This document shows positions 44,246 through 51,994 of a stretch of DNA of 51,994 bases, piece after piece. The notes below the pieces were generated by a model. The model did no database searches and was not told where the DNA came from. It saw nothing but the letters and a program-made list of their open reading frames with translations. The position numbers and the translations under genes are program-made. How positions within the stretch are numbered: position 1 is the first letter of the stretch; every line of letters begins with the position of its first letter. Source of the DNA: Priapulus caudatus (taxonomy: Eukaryota); contig NW_014577079.1 in assembly GCF_000485595.1 (NCBI RefSeq), positions 43,240 to 95,233 on the forward strand. Direction: 5' to 3'.

Positions 44246-47200
44246 TGGCGGGGGGGGGAGATATTGTTAGAGAGCATTCAGGGGCAGCGCGGAATGACGA
44301 GCGCACCTTGTCACTGCGGGCCATCACTCAGCTAGCAGTCAATCATGAGCTGTCAGCAACAGACGCGCACGTGCGCACGCACGCACGCACGCATGCATGC
44401 AACAAACATGACCCCCTCCTCTTCCTTGCTCTCGCTCGCTCGGGCGCTCGCTCACTCACTCAATCACTCACTCGCGCTCGCTCATTCGCTCCATGCTTTG
44501 CTCACCCATTCACCCACTGTCACAGACACAGACACACACACACGCTCTCTCGCTCTCACTCGAATGCTTTGCAAAACATTCAGACTTGCGCGCGCGCACA
44601 CACAGCTTGTTAGTTGTTGCAAATATATCGCACTCGCAAGTGTAAACACGCAGCAGCGGTCCCACCGACGCGGGGGTACACAATACGATACGATACGATA
44701 CGACATACGCGTTGTTATTTTTCTTCCGCGCCTTCCCCCGCCGTGTTGAATCTTCCAGGAGACGCGGCGTGGCACGGGAGTCTCTCTAATAGCCTGCGCG
44801 TCGGCCGGTGCCGCCTCAAAACATTTATATTGTGCCGACTAAAAGCCTATTAGATCACCACCGTAATCCCTTGATTGCTGATAAGAGACCCCGCGAAGTG
44901 CTGTAATTGTCCCTCCCGCGGTTCGTTCCCTCGACAGCAGACGCCTGCTCGCGCTACGATAGCTGGCTGGCTCCATAGTCACGGGACCGAGGCTGTTGTT
45001 CATCGGGTGGTCAGGTGTCGCAGCTTCCGTCCCCTCCGTACACGCACCTGCTCGCAGTGTAACAATCATAAATTTTGAAGCTGACCGATCCGTTCCTATG
45101 ACAGCGCGAGTGGTTTGATGAAGCCCAGAAGCAGTAGCCGTAGCGTAGTCGTGTGTCCCGTATGCGGTATACTCCTTCCTGTCCTCATACATCAGGATCT
45201 ACATTTGTATGTACACTTCGCGCCCGGAAGTATATATTTATATTATATTTCATTGCTAACTTTATAGCTCAATGCCTCGTCTAACTCAAATGGTGTTGTT
45301 CTCTGCATCCTCATCCCGTTAAGACGGTTTTTATCTCTGCTGCACACAAGTGTTTATAATATTTTCATCGCGCATTAGTTGTAAAAGAATCCGTGTAAAA
45401 CCGCGATGGAGTGTCAATAATGACATACGGGGCACGTCATGCAAGGATGTGTGGCTCGCAATATGTGTCTAGCTCCTCTATATTTTCATTCCCCCTCGAA
45501 AGATCAAAGGCGCTTTCCACGTAAGGTAGCCGTCAAGGCCCCTGATAAACTTATTGTTGTAGTAAGCGTTGTATTTACAGGTGCGCGGGCCGCCACTTGA
45601 ATGTCCTATAGGAATTCGCACTCGGACCCGTGAATGGTGGCATTGTTCTGCCATTTGCTTGCACTTTGTGCCGGAACAAATCGGCAGGTAGAGAGGGGGA
45701 AATATTCTACTGCAGCCGCTTGGTCCTCCCTCGCGTGTGCAGTCTGTTCGATTGGCCGGTAACAGTAAAATGCGACATCAGAGCATGCAGCAATATGAGG
45801 TGTATTTTAACGTTGATAATAATGGAATAATTGTAAGAGTGAATAATAGCATTAATGGTATAATAATAGTATAAGTATAATAGTATACCAGGGAAGTATA
45901 ATAATATAGTAATACCATAGTATATAATCAGTCTTGGAATAGAGTCTGAAAACACAGTCAGCCCTGATTTAGAAAATATCTACTATATCGCTTCCGCAAA
46001 ACTAGCCAGTCCTGCTTAAAAGTTGCCTGTCCCGGCCAGAGGGGCGGCCTTTAATTTCTACATAAGATACTGATATAATATATTAGAGTATATATATATA
46101 ATATACAATAATTAATATATTATTTGATCCTGATAATAAAATAAATAACGATGTGTTAATATATTCCTGGTAACATATATACATTTCGCAATACTCTGCC
46201 CTGTACTGACGCATAATGAGCAGGTATATGGCTGGGAAGTCTATTCCCTCAAACACGGCCAGTTTAATCGAGCGCTAGGGCATCGCAATCTGCGAACAAC
46301 CGCCACACAGGAAGCGAGCGACCGCCATATACATCGTGCGGTCCGTGTCATCTTTCTATTGTTGCTCGCGAGACCCTCAATTTCTCGCGGGGTGCGTAGA
46401 AATGCGGTAATAGATCAGTAATAGACAATTAACCGGGCAGATGAAGATCAAAGGCAGCGCAGGCGGGCCCCGCAGGTTGGGGGGTTAATGCGGCTGTGGT
46501 TATACGCCGCAGCGAGGTACGCGTCGCCACTGCCTCTGCCCCCGCGTCAAAGCAAAGTGCAGTAATCACATTGCATTTGATTAGTAATCGAATAAATCTG
46601 GTCCTTATCGCGTTTGCTCCGGTGGTTATCGCAGCCAGAAATGAGCTTTGACGGCAAACGCTGACTGTGTTCGCGCGGACGCGTCGGGGAGGCGTGTGCG
46701 TCGAGCGATAGCTGACGCTGACGCAGATGAAACTGCGAAAGCTGACGCTGACGCATGTAGATAGATATAGTGATGCAGAGGCATTTGTGGATTCTGACGA
46801 AAAAGATGCTAGCGCAAAATGCGTTCGCGGGAGCAGATGCATATATACGCAGATACATTCACGGATGCCGACGCAGATGTTTGTGCGGATGCAGATGACG
46901 GGAACGACGCTGAGGCCGACGCTGACGCAGCTACTGACGCTAGTATTCTGTGCGCGCGCGTCATGTACGAGGGGTTATGGGTGTAAATTTGAAGATTGCG
47001 GCGTCGGCGGCCATGCGTATGCGCGGTGGCAGTCACGTCGGCGAGTTCCCCCCGCCACACACAGTCAACACTCGAAGCACAGCGGCGGTACTTGGAACTT
47101 CTTCTGACCCCCCTCCTCTCCCCTCATCCTCCTCCTCCTCTCATCCCGCCCAAATAGTTTTGCGCTCTTGCTCCGGCTGCTGCCGCTAAGTGTTTGAATT

Positions 47201-47873
47201 GGACGCCTCGCGAGTGTTTTTCCGTGCGCGCTGAAAGTTATAACTTTATTATGCTCGGCGGGCGAGTGAGCGGCGGCAATTTAGCCGGCGACGGGCCGCA
47301 GCAGCGGGTTCGGCGAATGCCATTAGATGTTTACAAGAGCGCGAGTGCGCGGCACGCTTTGATGTTGTTATTACATTAACCCGTGTGATTGAGTTTTGTT
47401 TGAATTTGCCGCTCCAACACTCCTGGCCATATTGTGGCCGCGAGGCGATAAAACTCCGACGGTAGTTTTAGCAAGCAACAGGTTTCGCACTCGCATGCTC
47501 CGGGATTCAGACGATTGATTTGTGCGCGTGCGCGTGTGCGTGCTCGCGTGCGTGTGCGTGCGTGCATGCGCGGCCCCTTTCGTGCATCAGTGCGCGTGTG
47601 TTACTGGATGCTTGTTGCTCTCTCTCCGAACTGTGTGCGGCCCTTATGTTTGGGCGGTAGGCTGGAAAGTTATTTCTGTTACAACAAGAGGCCGGTTATA
47701 GTCGCTCTGTTACAGTGGCGACAGCTAAACCTCTGTTACAGTGAAGAGACTTGGCACCCACAGTAACACACAGTTTTATTGTGACCAGCTAGTTTGTCAG
47801 TTGTTACAGTGAAGCCATCTTTCCCATATTTGACGTAACCATTTGTAAAATATTCCCTTTCCTTTAACATAAT

Positions 47874-47908
47874 CAGGAGCTAATAATAAAACGTATTATT
47901 AGCTCTTG
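47874..47908. mobile_element. Micro-TIR/footprint family member
   Basis: CAGGAGCTAATAATA-AAAC-GTATTATTAGCTCTTG; perfect ACATAAT flanks. Confidence 0.75.
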
Positions 47909-48958
47909 ACATAATGTTACATCAAGGCCAGATATTCCGCTGTCACCCGAATCCTAGTAAAACCGAAAACAATATTTCGGCGACGTACTGCAATGATTAA
48001 TCAATACTAACTAGGAAAACATAATTAATGTGCCAATTAGTCTATAGTTGGTGTGCTGCCGGGGAGGTTACTGTAACAGTTGGCCACACTGGTTGTTCCG
48101 AGCTGCTAGCAATCGGTATGAATTAGTAAGAGTAGCCAGCCACCCACGCGCGCCACACACGCGAAGTGTTTAACGCATTGTCGCCGCGCCGTTTGTTATG
48201 ACAAGGTTTCAGCCGCTCTCGGGTAGCAGGAAGTGCGTAAACCTCCACAGCAGGGCGGGAAACGCGGCTACGCGGGTAGCCTTCCCCCACATCTGCCCCC
48301 AACTACATGCAACCCGTGCGGGCGGGCCCTAACCATGTATTGTCGCGTTACGACCGACGCGTGAATCATATATAATGAGAACTATTTATGGGCGTGTAGT
48401 CGACCATACCTCGTTGTACCGCGTTTTTGTTAAAAGAAAATATTTGTCGTTTCTGCTATTAGTGTAGTTTCTTAGGATGGCACGTTGTTTTGTGAGTATG
48501 GCCACTGATTTACCGACGTTGCGGCGACGTTACGTTTATTTCGCGAGTTGTAACCCACCCGAAAACCAGTGCACGTCGTGTTTACGAAATAATATAAATC
48601 ACGCAGTTTATGTGAAAGGCAAATCGCGCGGTGAACGCAAAAAATAAGCGATGACGAGCAAAAATGTACGATAAACATTTTGTTTAAATATGTAAATTAG
48701 GTTTTTCTACGCAATGAATATCGTCTAGCCGTCCGATTTCCTTGCATCATTGCTGACACGGCGCCTCCGTGTGCTAGCAGCGACGGCGCGGATTTCTGTG
48801 AATGTGCGCGAGTATTTAATACATGCTCATGTGGAACTGAAAGCGGGGCCTGACCTCACCTTCCCTAAACATTCTTTCCTCCATGTTATTATCCCTACTG
48901 TAGGCGGCTCACCGTAGCGTAAACAGGCGGGATGCTTCCCGGATCCCCGGACTGGCGG

Positions 48959-48959
48959 C

Positions 48960-48991
<32 letters not shown>

Positions 48992-49090
48992 GTGCGTGCG
49001 TGTGTGCGTGCGTGTGTGTGTGCGCGTGCGTGCGTGCGTGCGTGCGTGTGTGTGTGTGAATGTGTGTGCGTGCGTGCGTGCGTGTGTGTG
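48959..49090. repeat. (GCGT)n/(GT)n microsatellite (others at 29890-29970, 47520-47565, 49517-49590; complementary (ACGC)n at 23871-23970)
   Basis: Direct reading. Confidence 0.9.
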
Positions 49091-50279
49091 AGTGAATGTG
49101 GTGTGTGTAGCGAGAGCTATGCTAGCTGTCCGCTCTGATTGAAGCGGTACGGTGAAGCAGCGGCGGCACTTGAAACGCGCCGACGCTTGATGCTGTGCCA
49201 TTTATTACTGATTGCTGAGCGGTGGCGGGCGGATTAGCTGCTGTCTCCTACGGACGCTGCCGCTGCCGCCGCGTGCATGACGGTGCGGTGCCGCCGCCGC
49301 CGTCTCACGCCGTATATACCCTTCTTTGTAAGGCGTTATTTTGGGAACAGGAATCGCGCCGCTCTCTCGGGCGAATGACTGTTCGCGTTTTCCCCCTGGC
49401 CGCGGAGTGTCGACGAATGTTGTTGATACGTCAGATGATTGCAGCGTGAATAGTGGGGCGAGCGAGTAGTTGATGGATGTTCGGGATGCTTATCAAAAAT
49501 CGAGAGAAGGACGGAATGTGTGTGTGTGTGTGTGCGTGGGTATGTGTGTGTATGTGTGTATGTGTGTATGTGTGTATGTGTGTATGTGTGCGGGGGTGGG
49601 GGAGGTGGAAGGTGAGGATGATGATACAGTTAGCGTTTGTATTCGGGTCTCGGTTGGCGTACTCATGCGTGTGTTGTGTTATACCAATTTTGCGGTGCTG
49701 AGACGGAAATTCAAGAAGCGAGAATGGTGGGAGGAAATTTGACACAATATTCAGGTGTCGAGGCCTCTCATGATCATATGAGGATACTTGATGTTTTTCA
49801 CGTCCATCGCTAAGCGTTAAATAGTAAGAGAAAACAAATCCGGAAAAATGCCTGAAATCACCACTGTCTGATATTTATGCGGTCGCGAGAATTCGTGATT
49901 ATTGCAAAGAATTACGCATATATTACTGATTAAATGTCGCTGCATTATTGGGCAGACCTGTACATGTCCGCTTATATCTCACAGATTCCTGAAACCATTG
50001 ATAAAGCCATACTAACTGAAGGTGCCGCGTGAAACCGATCAGGGGAAATTTCAAGCACGTTTCCGATTTATACACCATAACACGCTCGGCATTGAATGTA
50101 TGTAAACACTACGTAAAGCGGTGAATCGCTTACGCGTGCGGCGTGCGGTCGGGAAACACGCGCAGATTGTGCTATAAGTATAACAATTTCCGCGAGCATT
50201 TCCTCCCATTTCCCGCCTGCAAGGGCTTCGCGGCTTCTGACGCGCCACGCATCAGCATCAGCATCCGCACGCGGGCAGC

Positions 50280-50280
<1 letters not shown>

Positions 50281-50322
<42 letters not shown>

Positions 50323-50540
50323 CTTCTCTTCCTGGGCGCCTCTCTCTCTCTCGTCCCTCCTGTCTCGTCTCATCGTCCCTTATCTTTCTCTTCTCTCTCT
50401 ATCTCTCCTCGCTCATCTCTCTCTCTCGTCTCTCTCTCTCTCTCTCTCTTCGCTCTCTTCTCTCTCATCCTCATCTCTCTCTCTCGCTCTCTCTTCTCTC
50501 TCTGCTCTCTCTCTCTCCTCTCGCCTCTCTTCCTCTCTCG
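50281..50540. repeat. (CT)n microsatellite
   Basis: Direct reading. Confidence 0.95.
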
Positions 50541-51145
50541 CGCATCACGCGGAATGAAGCCAAGAAGTGCCGCTCCCCTCGTTAGTGAACCGCGTTGCAT
50601 CGGCTCAGCCACCAGCTGCAGATACCGTTACCAGTTTCTCGCCCTCTAATAAGTCGGAGCAAATTCTAGTATTACGGGCGAAACGCGACGGAGGGCGGGC
50701 GGCGTGTGGCCGGCACAATGATATCCTTCCGGCACGACGCGTGAATATCCGTGACTGTCGGGGGAGGGAGATCTGCAGTATAGAGGCGAGGCGGGTGGCG
50801 GCATCACAGCGACGAGGTACTCAGAAGACGAGTCTCGCATTCGCGAAAGTAGCTGTGGTTCAATTTACAAAGTGTGATTGCCGGCAGTGGTAGGCAAGGA
50901 CAGGCAGCAAGCGGTGGGCGCGTGAGGGCGCACATGTGGCAGGTCCGCGTAAGCTATACGTGCGGGTGGCCAGGTCAGGACCCGCGGCTAACTAAAGACG
51001 GGATTTCGAAATTATTGTTCAAAAACACTTAATCGGGAACAAGTCGTAATCGGGCATTTTCGGGGTTCGTTGTCCAAATACAACAGGGACAACTGTAATA
51101 GTGATCACGAGAATAAAACAGTGCATTAGAGTAAGAGAGCATTAA

Positions 51146-51881
51146 TTGTATCCCCCGCGACGAAGTCGGCGGGGATACTATGGTTTCATGTCTCCCCAGC
51201 CGCCGCGCGCCGCCGCAGACAATTTCCCTTCTGCTGCTATAACTCGACGCCTAATTGACCTGCGCTACCAAACCTGGTATACTTACACATCTTGGGGAGA
51301 AGGGGAGCCAGCATACCAAAACCAGGTCACTGCGACTTTATTTTACTTTAACCTTGATCATATTTTCCTCCGCTCTATAGACTTGGCCTCTAATTGACCT
51401 AGCGCTACAAAAACCAGGTCATTACGACCCTTTGTTTGACCTTTACTTGACCTTGATCATATTCCCTTCTGCTATATAACTCGGTCCCCTAAGTGACCTA
51501 AGCGCTACAAACTTTGTATACTTACACATCTTGGGGAGAAGGTGGTGGCCACGTACGCAAAACCAAGGTCACTACGACCTTTATTTGACGCTTTACACTT
51601 GACCTTGATCACTATTTCCATTCCACTCTATAACTCGGCCCCTATATTGACCTACGCTACAAAACTTGCTATACTTACACATCTTGGGGAGAATGGTGTC
51701 GCGTACCAAAAACCAGGTCACATGCGGCTTTTATTTGACCTTGACCTTGATCATCAATTTTCCTTCCGCTCTATAACTCGGCCCCTAATTGACCCTAGCG
51801 CGACCGAAACTTTGTATACTTACGCATCTTGGGGAGAACACGGGGGATACATGTAGTTGGCGACAACTGCCCTTTCTAGTT
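51146..51881 (+). mobile_element. HINE/Helentron-type (DINE-1-like) non-autonomous element with internal ~140-150 bp tandem repeats
   Basis: subTIRs TGTATCCCCCG (51147) / CGGGGGATACA (51841); 5' inverted copy at 51170; 3' stem-loop GTAGTTG-GCGA-CAACTGC, then CTAG and TT; ~4.5 internal units containing CTTACACATCTTGGGGAGA. Confidence 0.8.
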
Positions 51882-51994
51882 ATTTTCAGCCCTCTATGGT
51901 TAAATGAAAATTATTTTAGTAAAACTGCGTCGATTGTCGATTTGTTGTTTGGTATTTCATTCAAAGAAGTTTAAGAAGTCCGAACGGGCGCCGA

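Noticed and set aside
46709..47107. 126-aa ORF 46727-47107
   Set aside because: Built on degenerate GCTGAC/GATGCA hexamer repeats; no recognisable homology or splice signals.
43798..50649. SL/RE/TH/CV-rich ORFs
   Set aside because: Translations of GA, CT, GT and GCGT microsatellites.
51230..51840. Regularly spaced repeats superficially like a CRISPR array (also 29415-29608 and 21989-22612)
   Set aside because: The units are whole tandem copies without unique spacers, lie inside TIR or subTIR elements, and there are no cas genes; the context is eukaryotic.
43592..51994. Tiki exon 5 (expected to start with the GH of GAGH)
   Set aside because: I found no AG-preceded frame encoding G-H-F; it is presumed to lie beyond the window, though I could have missed it by eye.

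Overview
Eukaryotic (AT-rich invertebrate animal) genomic DNA from a gap-filled draft assembly; it is not prokaryotic, so most of the ORF track is noise. I reconstructed three spliced genes by hand from GT-AG sites and reading-frame phase. (1) OGFOD1, the uS12/RPS23 prolyl 3-hydroxylase: minus strand, 14 exons, 12989->2079, about 526 aa, complete. (2) LSM4: plus strand, 5 exons, 15072->18210, 145 aa, complete, head-to-head with OGFOD1. (3) A Tiki/TRABD2 Wnt-cleaving metalloprotease: plus strand, exons 1-4 at 21398-43591; the exon carrying the GH motif was not found, so the gene probably continues past the window. Non-coding DNA is rich in non-autonomous DNA transposons (Helitron, HINE/Helentron-type, hAT-, Harbinger- and pogo-like MITEs) and microsatellites. 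Two multi-kb near-tandem duplications flank 25-N gaps and look like unmerged haplotypes or noisy long-read fill. The most unusual signal is a dispersed family of at least 8 tiny (28-86 bp) CA(G/A/C)GAG-terminated palindromes, each flanked by a 7-bp (one 8-bp) direct repeat. I infer these are excision footprints of a P/Galileo-superfamily transposon. One TIR element is also present in one duplicate copy and apparently excised, with a footprint, in the other. No CRISPR array, tRNA or rRNA gene was recognised. Homology statements are from memory of the protein families; no database searches were run.
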